From NCBI GenBank assembly GCA_041686025.1, contig JAWLEP010000037.1, forward strand, positions 1-27,135: 27,135 nt of DNA, given 5' to 3'. The stretch comes from Candidatus Fermentibacteraceae bacterium. Its GTDB lineage: Bacteria > Fermentibacterota > Fermentibacteria > Fermentibacterales > JCC-6. The notes beneath the pieces are model-generated. The model worked only from the letters and a program-made list of their open reading frames with translations, did not search any database and was not told the DNA's origin. Shown here in pieces: positions 14,996 through 24,798 of the stretch (position 1 is the stretch's first letter; every line of letters starts with the position of its first letter). The translations under genes and the position numbers were made by a program.

Positions 14996-17422
14996 TCAGT
15001 AGGGCTGCAGGCTCACGTGCACCTGCACGGCTCCGCCCCCCTCCGGCGGAGCCGGTATCGTGAGGCCCTCCATCACCGAGAGCAGTGCCTCCTCCAGCCC
15101 TGGGGAGTCGAGGCCTGTTACCACGGATGCCTGCTGCACGGTGCCGTCGTCTGCGAACACCAGCTCGAAGACGATCCTGCCGGCCGGGTACTCCCCCGGC
15201 TCGCTTTCGGCGGCCAGGTATTCGTAGTAGGCCTCCTCCAGCCCGTCGCGCAGCTGCCGGACCGCTCCCCGCATCTCCGAGGGCAGAAGCCCCAGGGTGG
15301 GGGAGGCCGCGATCAGGCCGGCGGATACGCTCTCCAGTGTGGCCTTGGGAGGCTCGGAGCTGTAACCGTAACCGTCGTAGTACTCGGCCTCCTCCACGGC
15401 GAAGTCGGCGGACACCGACTGGGAGTGACCACCTCTGCCCGCGGGAGCGGCCGAGGGAGCCCGCGACATCCGTACCGCCCCGGTGAGGCCCGCGCCCTCT
15501 CCGCCCGTTCCGAAGACGCCCTGGTAGCTTACCCCCTCGGGCATGTTTACCGGGACCTCCACGGTGACCGGGCGGCCCTCGGCGTCAACGCGGACCTCCT
15601 CGCTCACCGCCACGAACGCCGTGTACTGGCTCATGATCTGGTAGTCCAGTGCGGTGTCGGTTATCTGCTGGACCAGCTCTTCGCGCCCGTCGCCTCCGGC
15701 GTTGTACATGGTCCGGTTGAGCTCGTGGATCCGCTTGCGGGCCCAGAGGTTCTGGATGACGTCGTGGTCCTCCTCCTCGGCGGGCAGATCCACGTCCATG
15801 GTCTGGCTCCAGCTCTCCCCGGCTATGGTCCCGCTCACCGTCACCTCGCCGCTTCCGGCGTCTCCGTAGCGGCCCACCACCACCAGGGGCTGGCCGGCGT
15901 AGAGGTCGGGGATCCTCTCGGGGTAGACGTCCATCACGTCCAGGCCGCCCCAGTCTATGTCGATTCCCACCAGGTAGGGGTCGTTGATCTTGCCGTAGAT
16001 GGAAGACACCGCCTCGGATGGGTCCTCGCCCAGGCCCACGTAGTAGGCGTGGCCGCGGCCCTCCTCGGCCAGGCCCTCGATGAGGTAGCGGTTGGGGGAG
16101 GAGCCTACGCCCACGCTGAACAGGCGGGTGCGGTCGCCCATGGTCTCCCGCAGCTCTCCCATTATCTGGGCCTCGTTGCCTATGTAGCCGTCGGTGAGGA
16201 AGATGACGAACCGCATCCTCTCCGGGTCCTCGGGATAGCCCACTGCGGCCCTGATGCCCTCGATCATCATCGTGCCGCCGCTCCCGGAGAGGGAGTTGAT
16301 GTAGCGGATGCCCTGCTCCACGTTATCCTCTGTGTTCTCCAGCGGATGTCTGGCCATCCCGGAAGCGGTCTCGCTGAAGCGGATGATCTGGAAGGAGTCG
16401 TCGGGGTTCATCCCCGAGACGAACTGCCGGACCGTCTCCTTGGCCACCTCCATGGGCTGGCCGCTCATGGACCCCGAGCAGTCCACCACGAAGAACATCT
16501 CCTTGGGCGTGATCTCGTCCACAGGCACGTCGGCGTCGGGCTGAAGGACCATCATGAAATGCCCGCCCAGGTCGCCGTTGTGGGCCAGGACGCCGGTCTG
16601 GATGCTCTCCCCGGCGGTCCTGTAGCGGAGGACGAAGTCGCGGTTGGGAATCTCGTCGGCCTGGGCCAGCTCCACGTATGCGGTGCCGGCCAGCCTGAAC
16701 CTCTTGACCTCGTGGTTCAGGGACTCGATGTCCAGGACGTTCACCCCGGGGTCGACCTTCACCGAAAGGTCTATGTCGTAGCCGGCCCTGGTGCCCTCGG
16801 GGACAACCGGGGGGGTAATGCGGTCGGCGTCCGGGACCTCGTCGGTGGGCTCGGCCCAGCCCCTGTCGCCATCTCCGGCGGGGGTTCCCGGAATGAACCT
16901 GGGGCCCACCACCATGGGGAAGACCAGCTCGTACTCGCCCTCGTCGTACTCCACCGGCGCCACGTAGCTTATCTCCACCGTGATGCTGTCGCCGGGGAGG
17001 ATGTTGCCCACGCTCTGGGTGAAGATGTTGGGCCGCTCCTGCTCCAGGAGGCTGGCGGTCTGTCCCGACTCCAGGGCCTCCTCGTAGATCTGGCGGGCCA
17101 GGTCCCTCTGGTGTATCTCGCCGTGGACCAGCCGGTCGCCTATCCACATGTCCATGCGGTCCACCGCCCCGCTCTGGGGCAGCGGGAAGACGTAGACCGC
17201 CTCGATGGGCTCGTCCATGGGGTTGCCGTAGACCTGGCGGACGGTGGCCCTCTGCAGGTTGCCGCTGACCCTTATCTCCACGGAGGTGTGCTCCAGGGGG
17301 AGGTCGCCGATGACGCCCTCCTCGCCCAGCACCTGCATGCGGGCGAACTCCCCGTCCCCTTCCTCGGCAACGGCCGCCGTCATTGCGGCGGCCAACAGTA
17401 CCACCAATGCTGCCCTCAGCAT
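14996..17422 (-). CDS. Exported VIT + von Willebrand A domain protein with TonB-C/AgmX-like C-terminal domain
   Basis: Signal peptide MLRAALVVLLAAAMTAAVA; VIT PLEHTSV...EAVYVFPLP...LLEQERPNIFT; MIDAS DCSGSMSG and FLTDG. Start moved to ATG17422; the upstream part of the 1353-aa ORF is spurious. Confidence 0.92.
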   Translation of the reverse strand: MLRAALVVLLAAAMTAAVAEEGDGEFARMQVLGEEGVIGDLPLEHTSVEIRVSGNLQRATVRQVYGNPMDEPIEAVYVFPLPQSGAVDRMDMWIGDRLVHGEIHQRDLARQIYEEALESGQTASLLEQERPNIFTQSVGNILPGDSITVEISYVAPVEYDEGEYELVFPMVVGPRFIPGTPAGDGDRGWAEPTDEVPDADRITPPVVPEGTRAGYDIDLSVKVDPGVNVLDIESLNHEVKRFRLAGTAYVELAQADEIPNRDFVLRYRTAGESIQTGVLAHNGDLGGHFMMVLQPDADVPVDEITPKEMFFVVDCSGSMSGQPMEVAKETVRQFVSGMNPDDSFQIIRFSETASGMARHPLENTEDNVEQGIRYINSLSGSGGTMMIEGIRAAVGYPEDPERMRFVIFLTDGYIGNEAQIMGELRETMGDRTRLFSVGVGSSPNRYLIEGLAEEGRGHAYYVGLGEDPSEAVSSIYGKINDPYLVGIDIDWGGLDVMDVYPERIPDLYAGQPLVVVGRYGDAGSGEVTVSGTIAGESWSQTMDVDLPAEEEDHDVIQNLWARKRIHELNRTMYNAGGDGREELVQQITDTALDYQIMSQYTAFVAVSEEVRVDAEGRPVTVEVPVNMPEGVSYQGVFGTGGEGAGLTGAVRMSRAPSAAPAGRGGHSQSVSADFAVEEAEYYDGYGYSSEPPKATLESVSAGLIAASPTLGLLPSEMRGAVRQLRDGLEEAYYEYLAAESEPGEYPAGRIVFELVFADDGTVQQASVVTGLDSPGLEEALLSVMEGLTIPAPPEGGGAVQVHVSLQPY

Positions 17423-17549
17423 TTTTGCTCCCTTCGTTGCGGAGTTCCTTCGACCGTACATGTCTGATATTCGGCGAAGGTGCCATCTATTCCATGCCGG
17501 CAGGTGGAAGAGCCGGCGGAGCCGGGCTGACAGGGAGGAGTAGGCGGCA

Positions 17550-17850
17550 ATGGAGTACCCGGACCCGAAAGCGCAAGCGCTGATGTTCAGCGAGGCCCTC
17601 GGCCGCGCCGACCCGGAAGCTCTCGGGAACCTGATGACCGGGGACCACTCCCTGCTGTGCTGCGGCAGCGTCGACGCCTCGGGGCGTGACGCCAGCCTTG
17701 CGGCCTGGCGCGGCTTCTTCGAGGCCTGCCCCGGGTACAGCAACGTCATGGCAGTGGCGGTGTCCGACGGGGCCTGGTAGCCATGGCCGGCAGCAGCGAG
17801 TGCCCCCGGGAGCCGGAGCTGGAGGGGCCGGCCCGCTGTCCGAGTGACGG
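17550..17850 (+). pseudogene. SnoaL/NTF2-like protein, frameshifted and truncated
   Basis: LMTGDH...GRDASLAAWRGFFEACPGYSN, then a frame change at GGGG 17769-17772 continuing LVAMAGSSECPREPELEGPA. End approximate. Confidence 0.55.
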
Positions 17851-17916
17851 GTATGGCGGGACACTCCCGAGAACCGCCACCTCCTGGGACTGCCCGTCCC
17901 GGACTGAGTCCGGAGG

Positions 17917-19278
17917 TCAGAGCTCCAGCCGGCAGGAGCCGGAGGTCCATCCGGACAGTCCGCCCAGCACCACGCCCAGGTTGTCGTGCCCCCGTCGGGC
18001 CAGCCAGGACGCCGCGGCCATGGAGCGCATCCCCGACCCGCAGAAAATCAGGACCAGCCTGTCGCCGGGAATCTCGTCCGCCCTCTCCGGCAGCATGGTA
18101 AGATGGATGTTCAGGGCGTCGGGGATGCTTCCCGCCGACTCCCTCTCCCCGTCGCTGCGGACGTCCAGGACCTGCAGGTCCTCGCCGGCGTCCAGCTTCC
18201 CGCACAGCTGCTGCACCGTGATGGTGTCTATGGAGGCGCTGTCCCTGCCGGAGGTGTGCCAGGAGAGCATGCCGCCGGCCAGCGTCCCCGCGAAACGGTC
18301 GTAGCCCAGCCGCACCAGGATGCGGACCGCGTCGGAGGGGTCCTCCTCCTCCGTCACCAGCAGTATCGGCCGGTCGTAGGGAAGGATCCACCCGGCGAAG
18401 CTGGCCAGGCCCCCCTTCCATATGGACTGCGCGCCCGGCACGTGGGCAGAGCCGAAGCCCAGCTCCATCCTGGTGTCCAGGACGAAGGCGCCCTCGGCGG
18501 CCTCCTCGAACTCCGCCGGGGAGAGGGCGGGCGGCAGGGGGAGGGGCTCCGCCGAGGGGGCGCCCTGGAGATTCAGCCTCTCCATCTCCCGGAAGTAGGG
18601 GGGACGCTCCAGCTCCACAGCGGCGGCGTTGATGAAGGCGTCGCGCTCGGTGTACCGCAGCATGGGGTTGTGCTCCCGCTCCAGGCCCATGGTGGTCCAC
18701 AGCCTCTCGGAGATCCCCGAGCCGCACACCGACCCCGAGCCGTGGGCGGGGCAGGCGATGACCCCGTCGCCCAGGGGCAGCAGCCGGCCGAAGATGGAGT
18801 CGTAGAGCATGCCGGCCATGTCCCCGGCCCTGTCCATGCCCATCAGATCGGTTCTGCCCACGTCGCCGGCGAACAGGGCGTCGCCGGTGAAGCAGATCCA
18901 GGGGTTTCCGTCGGGATCTCGGACCAGGTAGCTCATGGAGCCCGGGGTGTGACCAGGGGTGAAGATGGCCTCGATCTCGAAGTCGCCCACCTTCCAGGTC
19001 TGCCCGTCTTCGGCCGTGTTCCCGTATGCGTACTCCAGCTCGGCGTCGGCGTGCCATACCCGGGCGCCGGCGGCTGCGGCCAGCGCGGTGGAGCCGATGA
19101 TGTAGTCCTCGTTGCGGTGGGTCTCCAGCACGTGCTCGATCCTCATTCCCGCCCGCCGGGCGATGTCCACGTAGACCCCGAAGTCACGGCGGGGGTCCAC
19201 AACCGCCGCCGTGGACCCCGAGCCCAGAATGTACGACCAGTGGGCCAGTCCCTCTGACTCTATCCTCTGAAAGATCAA
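17917..19278 (-). CDS. MBL-fold hydrolase fused to two rhodanese domains (CstB/persulfide dioxygenase-like)
   Basis: VVDPRRD, ETHRNEDY, TPGHTP, FTGDALFAGDVGRTD, PAHGSGSVCG, LDVRS, FCGSGMRS; likely TTG start at 19278. Confidence 0.9.
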   Translation of the reverse strand: MIFQRIESEGLAHWSYILGSGSTAAVVDPRRDFGVYVDIARRAGMRIEHVLETHRNEDYIIGSTALAAAAGARVWHADAELEYAYGNTAEDGQTWKVGDFEIEAIFTPGHTPGSMSYLVRDPDGNPWICFTGDALFAGDVGRTDLMGMDRAGDMAGMLYDSIFGRLLPLGDGVIACPAHGSGSVCGSGISERLWTTMGLEREHNPMLRYTERDAFINAAAVELERPPYFREMERLNLQGAPSAEPLPLPPALSPAEFEEAAEGAFVLDTRMELGFGSAHVPGAQSIWKGGLASFAGWILPYDRPILLVTEEEDPSDAVRILVRLGYDRFAGTLAGGMLSWHTSGRDSASIDTITVQQLCGKLDAGEDLQVLDVRSDGERESAGSIPDALNIHLTMLPERADEIPGDRLVLIFCGSGMRSMAAASWLARRGHDNLGVVLGGLSGWTSGSCRLEL

Positions 19279-19463
19279 TGCTCTCTCCTTCCCGGGGCCC
19301 AGCGGGCCCTGCGTATCATGTCTGCATCGAGAAACTGCGCAGAACCGCCAGCCGGCGCAATGGAGCCCCCCCTCAGCGCTGCATGGTCGCATCCTCCACG
19401 CCTTGGTGTCCGGCTAGGGGATGTCCCGATGTGGGAGCATCCGCTCCGGGGCCGATATTGAAG

Positions 19464-20225
19464 ATGGACGCTTCACCGGACCGAATCTGCCGAAGGGAGG
19501 GCAACCTGATAAGGATCGGGACTTCCGGCTGGCACTACGACCACTGGGCGGGTGAGGTCTACCCCGAGGACATCGGGAAGCAGGACATGCTGGAATACTA
19601 CAGCGACCTCTTCGGTACGGTGGAGATCAACAACTCCTTCTACGGAATGCCGTCGGAGAAGACCCTGGCCCGCTGGCGGGACTCCGTTCCCAACGGCTTC
19701 GTCTTCGCCATCAAGGCCAGCAGGTACATCACCCACATGAAGAAGCTGAAAGACCCGGAGGGCCCGGTAGGACGCTTTCTGGAGCGGGCGGACGTGCTGG
19801 ACTTCAGGCTGGGCCCCGTTCTGTTCCAGCTGCCGCCGCGATGGCGGTGCAACCCCCGGCGGCTCTCGGACTTCCTCGACGCGCTGCCGCAGGGCTACCG
19901 GTACGCCATGGAGTTCCGGGACGAGAGCTGGTTCTGCGACGAGGTGTACTCCCAGCTGGCCGACCGCGGGGTGGCGTTCTGCATCTACCACCTGGCGGGA
20001 AGGCAGTCGCCGAAGGAGGTCACGGCGGACTTCGTCTACATCCGCCTGCACGGCCCCGGGCAGGCCTACCAGGGGTCCTACTCCGACCGGGACCTGCAGG
20101 GCTGGGCCGGCGCCATCTCGGCGTGGGACGGCCCGGACAGGGACGTCTACTGCTACTTCGACAACGACCAGCGGGGCTACGCCGCCCGCGACGCCATGCG
20201 ACTGAAGGACATGCTGGAGGGCTGA
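19464..20225 (+). CDS. DUF72 (YecE-like) TIM-barrel protein
   Basis: IGTSGWHY, TVEINNSFY, KASRYITH, LFQLPP, MEFRDESW, YIRLHG, YFDND. Start uncertain (ATG19464, or CTG19506 after GGGAGG). Confidence 0.92.
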   Translation: MDASPDRICRREGNLIRIGTSGWHYDHWAGEVYPEDIGKQDMLEYYSDLFGTVEINNSFYGMPSEKTLARWRDSVPNGFVFAIKASRYITHMKKLKDPEGPVGRFLERADVLDFRLGPVLFQLPPRWRCNPRRLSDFLDALPQGYRYAMEFRDESWFCDEVYSQLADRGVAFCIYHLAGRQSPKEVTADFVYIRLHGPGQAYQGSYSDRDLQGWAGAISAWDGPDRDVYCYFDNDQRGYAARDAMRLKDMLEG

Positions 20226-20226
20226 C

Positions 20227-21948
20227 ATGCCGGTGCACAACAGGGACGTGGCCAGGGTATTCGAGACCATAGCCGACCTGCTGGACATAAAGGGGGGCAA
20301 CACCTTCCGGATAAGGGCCTACCGCAACGCCGCCCGGACGGTGGACTCCCTCACCAGGGAGGTGGCCGACATGCTGGAGGAGGGGGAGGACCTCTCGGAG
20401 CTGTCGGACATAGGCGAGGACCTGGCCGGCAAGATCGAGACCATCGTGGAGACCGGCACCCACCCGATGCTTTCCGAGCTGAAGGAGGAGGTCCCGGAGA
20501 GCCTGCAGGAGCTGCTCCGGGTCTCGGGGCTGGGGCCGCGGGGAGTGCAGACCATTCACGAGGAGCTGGGGGTCACCGACCTCGACGGCCTGCGCAAGGC
20601 CGCCGAGCAGGGCTCGATAGCCGAGCTTTCGGGCTTCGGCGAGAAGACCCAGGCCAGGATCCTGGAGGAGGTGGAGAGCATCACCTCCGAGGAGGAGAGG
20701 ACACTGCTGGCCGAGGCCGTGAAGATCGCCGACGGGGTGGTGGAGCACATGCGCTCCCACGACGGGGTGAAGAAGGCGTGCGCCGCCGGAAGCCTGCGCC
20801 GCCGCAGGGAGACGGTGGGTGACCTGGACGTGCTGGTCTCCTGTCGGGAGGACGCCGACGTGATGGACCACTTCCTGGAGTTCGAGGACATAGACGAGGT
20901 GCTGGCCCGGGGGGACACCAAGACCACCGTCATCCTCCGGTCGGGGCTGCAGGTGGACCTCCGGGTGGTGCCCCACGCCGCCTACGGGGCGGCCCTGGTC
21001 TACTTCACCGGCTCCAAGCGGCACAACATCCGGCTGCGCAAGCGGGGCCGGGACCGGGACCTGAAGGTGAACGAGTACGGCGTGCACAGCGGCCGCGAGA
21101 AGGTGGCGGGAAAGACCGAGGAGGAGGTCTACGAGGCCCTGGACCTGCCCTGGATAGCCCCCGAGCTGCGGGAGGACCGGGGGGAGATCGAGGCCGCCGA
21201 GAAGGGCGGGCTCCCCGAGCTGGTGGAGCTCGACGACATCCGGGGAGACCTCCACGTCCACACCAGGAGGACGGACGGCCACCAGACCATCCGGGAGATG
21301 GCGGAGGCCGCCCGGGACCTGGGGTACGGGTACCTGGCCATAACCGAGCACTCCAAGAGGGTCACGGTGGCCGGCGGCCTGGACGCCGACGAGCTGGCCG
21401 CACACATAGGCGACATCGAGGAGGCCGACGGGGAGGTGGAGGGGATCAGGATCCTCAGCGGCGTGGAGGTGGACATACTCGACGACGGAAGCCTGGACCT
21501 CCCCGACGACGTCCTGCAGAGGCTGGACGTGGTGGTGGCCTCCGTCCACTACAGGTTCGACCTTTCCCGCGACGACCAGACCGAGCGCGTGCTCCGGGCC
21601 CTGGACAATCCACACCTCAACGTCCTCGGCCACCCCACCGGCCGCAAGCTGGGCCAGCGCGACCCCTACCAGATAGACCTGGAGCGGATCATGGAGGCCG
21701 CCGCCGAGAGGGGATGCTTCCTGGAGCTGAACGCCTATCCGGACAGGCTGGACCTTACCGACCTGGCCTGCGTGAGGGCCCGGGAGAAGGGGGCGAAGGT
21801 GGTAATCAGCACCGACGCCCACCGCAGCAGCCACCTGGAGTACATGCGCTTCGGAGTGGGACAGGCCCGCCGCGGCTGGCTGTCCGCCGCCGACGTGGTA
21901 AACACCAGACCCGCCGATGAGCTTCTCGAGATGATGGAGAGGGACTGA
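20227..21948 (+). CDS. polX: DNA polymerase X with PHP domain
   Basis: AYRNAA, GLGPR and GFGEK HhH motifs, AGSLRRRRETVGDLD, QVDLR, YFTGS; PHP DLHVHT..DG, HPTGR, STDAH. Confidence 0.97.
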   Translation: MPVHNRDVARVFETIADLLDIKGGNTFRIRAYRNAARTVDSLTREVADMLEEGEDLSELSDIGEDLAGKIETIVETGTHPMLSELKEEVPESLQELLRVSGLGPRGVQTIHEELGVTDLDGLRKAAEQGSIAELSGFGEKTQARILEEVESITSEEERTLLAEAVKIADGVVEHMRSHDGVKKACAAGSLRRRRETVGDLDVLVSCREDADVMDHFLEFEDIDEVLARGDTKTTVILRSGLQVDLRVVPHAAYGAALVYFTGSKRHNIRLRKRGRDRDLKVNEYGVHSGREKVAGKTEEEVYEALDLPWIAPELREDRGEIEAAEKGGLPELVELDDIRGDLHVHTRRTDGHQTIREMAEAARDLGYGYLAITEHSKRVTVAGGLDADELAAHIGDIEEADGEVEGIRILSGVEVDILDDGSLDLPDDVLQRLDVVVASVHYRFDLSRDDQTERVLRALDNPHLNVLGHPTGRKLGQRDPYQIDLERIMEAAAERGCFLELNAYPDRLDLTDLACVRAREKGAKVVISTDAHRSSHLEYMRFGVGQARRGWLSAADVVNTRPADELLEMMERD

Positions 21949-21949
21949 G

Positions 21950-24010
21950 GTGGACTTCAGGCACAACCCGAAGACCGACTTTCGCGACCCCGAAGACCTG
22001 TCGAAGGACGAGGCGGCCGAGCAGGTGGAGGCGCTCCGGGAGGGCATAGAGTACCACGACTACCTCTACTACGTGAAGTCCGACCCGGAGGTCTCCGACG
22101 CCACCTACGACAGGCTGTTCTCCCGGCTGCAGGAGCTGGAGGAGGCCTTCCCCGACCTGGACTCCCCCAACTCGCCCACGAAGAGGGTGGGAGCGCCGCC
22201 GGCGGACGAGCTGGAAAGGCGGGAGCACACCAGGGTGATGCTCAGCCTGGACGCGGTGATGGAGCGCGACGAGGTGCGGGAGTTCCACCGAAGGGTCCGC
22301 GAGAAGGTGGGCCGCAGCGAGAACATGTACACCCTGGAGCCCAAGTTCGACGGCCTTTCGGTGGAGGTGGTCTACCGCGACGGTGAGCTGGACTGCGGAA
22401 CCACCAGGGGCGACGGACGCACCGGGGAGGACATCACCCGCAACCTGCGTACCATAGGCGCTCTGCCGCTGCGGCTGCGCAGGGAGGCCGACCCGCCATC
22501 GTTCCTTGCGGTCCGCGGAGAGGTGATCATGCCCCGGGAGGGGTTTCAGGAGCTGAACCGGGAGCGGGTGGAGCGCGGCGAGGACGCCTTCGCCAACCCC
22601 CGCAACGCCGCCGCCGGGATCGTCCGCCAGCTGGACCCCTCGAAGGTGGCCGACAAGCCCCTGACCATTTTCTTCTACGAGATCCTGGAGGTGGAGGGCG
22701 CCGACCCGGACAGCCACTGGGACACGCTGAAGCGCTTCGGGGAGTGGGGACTGCAGACCAGCGGCCACAACCGCAGGGGATCCACTCTTGAAGACCTCGC
22801 AGGCTTCCACTCCCGGATGTCGGGGAGCCGGGACGACCTGGGCTTCGAGATCGACGGCGTGGTGATCAAGCTGGACGACTACGGGGCCCGGGAGGAGATG
22901 GGCACCAGGCAGAGGTCGCCCCGCTGGGCAGTGGCCTGGAAGTTCGAGCCCAAGAAGGAGGTGACCCGCCTCCGCGACATAGTGGTCCAGGTGGGCCGGA
23001 CCGGCAAGCTCACTCCGGTGGCGCTGCTGGACCCGGTGGACGTGGGAGGGGTCACCGTCAGCCGGGCCACCCTCCACAACGCGGGGGAGGTGGAGCGCAA
23101 GGACGCAAGACCGGGCGACAAGGTGCGGGTGAAGCGGGCGGGCGACGTGATACCCGAGGTGGTGGAGCGCATCAGGGAGCCGGGACGCGAACGCGCCGAG
23201 CCCTTCGAGATGCCCGGGGAGTGCCCGGTGTGCGGGTCGGAGGTCTTCCGGGAGGGCGCCTACCACTACTGCCCCGGAGGCCTCTCCTGCCGGGCGCAGC
23301 TGAAGGGGAGCCTGGTCCACTACGCCTCCCGGGAGGCCATGGACATCGACCACCTGGGCGAGGAGACGGCAAAGGCCCTCATCGAGAGGGAGATGGTGGA
23401 GGACATAGCCGACCTCTACGGCCTGAAGACGGAGCAGCTGGAGGAGCTGGAGGGGTTCGCCGAGCGGTCCGCCAGCCAGCTGCACGACGCCATACAGTCC
23501 GCAAAGTCCCCCCGGCTGGACCGCTTCCTCTACGCCCTGGGGATAAGGCACGTGGGCCGGCACGTGGCCGGAGTCCTGGCCGGGGAGCTGGGCGACCTGG
23601 ACAGCGTACGGAAAGCATCGGCGGACAGGCTTCGGGAGATAGACGAGATCGGCCCCGAGATCGCCGACAGCATCGCCGGGTTCTTCGGTGACGGGAAGAA
23701 CACGGAGGTCCTGGACCGCCTCCTGGACGCCGGCGTGGAGCCCCGGCCGGTGAAGGGCGGCTCTGAAGGCCCCCTGGAGGGGGTGAGCGTCGTATTCACC
23801 GGCGGCCTGGAGGGCTGCACCCGTTCGAAGGCCCGGAGGAGGGTGGAGGACCTGGGCGGACGGGTCACCGACAGCGTCAGCTCCAACACCGACTACCTGG
23901 TGGTGGGCGATGACCCCGGAAGCAAGCTGGAGGACGCCAGAGATGAGGGTTCTGTGGAGATACTGGACGAGGAGGGCTTCGAAGATCTCCTGAAGGACGG
24001 TGGCAGTTGA
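21950..24010 (+). CDS. ligA: NAD+-dependent DNA ligase
   Basis: YHDYLYY, EPKFDG, TRGDGRTGEDIT, VRGEV, NPRNAAAG, IDGVVIK, PRWAVAWKF, C4 zinc finger, HhH repeats, BRCT. Confidence 0.97.
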   Translation: MDFRHNPKTDFRDPEDLSKDEAAEQVEALREGIEYHDYLYYVKSDPEVSDATYDRLFSRLQELEEAFPDLDSPNSPTKRVGAPPADELERREHTRVMLSLDAVMERDEVREFHRRVREKVGRSENMYTLEPKFDGLSVEVVYRDGELDCGTTRGDGRTGEDITRNLRTIGALPLRLRREADPPSFLAVRGEVIMPREGFQELNRERVERGEDAFANPRNAAAGIVRQLDPSKVADKPLTIFFYEILEVEGADPDSHWDTLKRFGEWGLQTSGHNRRGSTLEDLAGFHSRMSGSRDDLGFEIDGVVIKLDDYGAREEMGTRQRSPRWAVAWKFEPKKEVTRLRDIVVQVGRTGKLTPVALLDPVDVGGVTVSRATLHNAGEVERKDARPGDKVRVKRAGDVIPEVVERIREPGRERAEPFEMPGECPVCGSEVFREGAYHYCPGGLSCRAQLKGSLVHYASREAMDIDHLGEETAKALIEREMVEDIADLYGLKTEQLEELEGFAERSASQLHDAIQSAKSPRLDRFLYALGIRHVGRHVAGVLAGELGDLDSVRKASADRLREIDEIGPEIADSIAGFFGDGKNTEVLDRLLDAGVEPRPVKGGSEGPLEGVSVVFTGGLEGCTRSKARRRVEDLGGRVTDSVSSNTDYLVVGDDPGSKLEDARDEGSVEILDEEGFEDLLKDGGS

Positions 24011-24735
24011 GGCTCACCTTTGCCGGCACCCGGGGGTACATAGAGCCCAGGAGCAGGCTGCACCGGATGCACGCCTCCCTGGTGGTCTCCTACTACGGAA
24101 GAAGGGTGATGGTGGACTGCGGAGAGACCTGGCTGGGAAGGATCGACGAGGTGGATCCCGACTCGATGGTGCTCACCCACGCCCATCCCGACCACGCCTT
24201 CGGCCTTCGGGACGGGGCCCCCTGCCCGGTGTTCGCCACCGCGGACACCTGGGAGAAGGAGGACCTGGCCGGGTTCGGCATCGAAGACAGAAGGACGCTG
24301 ACCTCGCGAGAACGTCGGGAGATAGAGGGGATCAGCTTCGAGGCTTTCGAGGTGGAGCATTCAACCAGGGCCCCCGCGGTGGGCTACCGGATCACCGCCG
24401 GGAGGGCATCGGTGTTCTACGCGCCGGACGTGGTCTACATTCCGCAGAGGTCCGAGGCCCTGGGTGGGTGCCGCCTCTACATCGGCGACGGGGCCACCGT
24501 CTCGGGGTCCATGGTGCGCCGCACCGGCGGGGCTCTGATCGGGCACACCCCGGTGCGCACGCAGCTCACCTGGTGCGCGAAGGAAGGGGTGCCCGAGATG
24601 GTGGTGACCCACTGCGGGTCGGACATCGTGGCCGGCGACCAGAGGAAGGTGGCCGCGGAGCTGAGACGGATGGCGGACGAGAGGGGCGTGAAGGTGAGCA
24701 TAGCAAACGACGGAGACCGGCGCGTCCTGCGCTGA
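24007..24735 (+). CDS. MBL-fold metallohydrolase (PhnP/YycJ/RNase Z-like motif order)
   Basis: GTRG, VDCG, THAHPDH, VEHS, YAPD, GHT, VTHCG; TTGA overlap with ligA. Confidence 0.88.
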   Translation: MRLTFAGTRGYIEPRSRLHRMHASLVVSYYGRRVMVDCGETWLGRIDEVDPDSMVLTHAHPDHAFGLRDGAPCPVFATADTWEKEDLAGFGIEDRRTLTSRERREIEGISFEAFEVEHSTRAPAVGYRITAGRASVFYAPDVVYIPQRSEALGGCRLYIGDGATVSGSMVRRTGGALIGHTPVRTQLTWCAKEGVPEMVVTHCGSDIVAGDQRKVAAELRRMADERGVKVSIANDGDRRVLR

Positions 24736-24798
24736 CGCCGGCACTGCAAGCCGGCCAATATGCGTTCGATCGTATGAAGAGAGGAGGCGCATCATAGA

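Noticed and set aside
17423..19057. Upstream 545 codons of the 1353-aa minus-strand ORF
   Set aside because: Low-complexity off-frame reading of the MBL-rhodanese gene. The real VIT-VWA gene starts at 17422 with an RBS and signal peptide.
19464..24735. Prophage or plasmid replication module
   Set aside because: No integrase, primase, helicase or structural genes; composition matches the flanking backbone.
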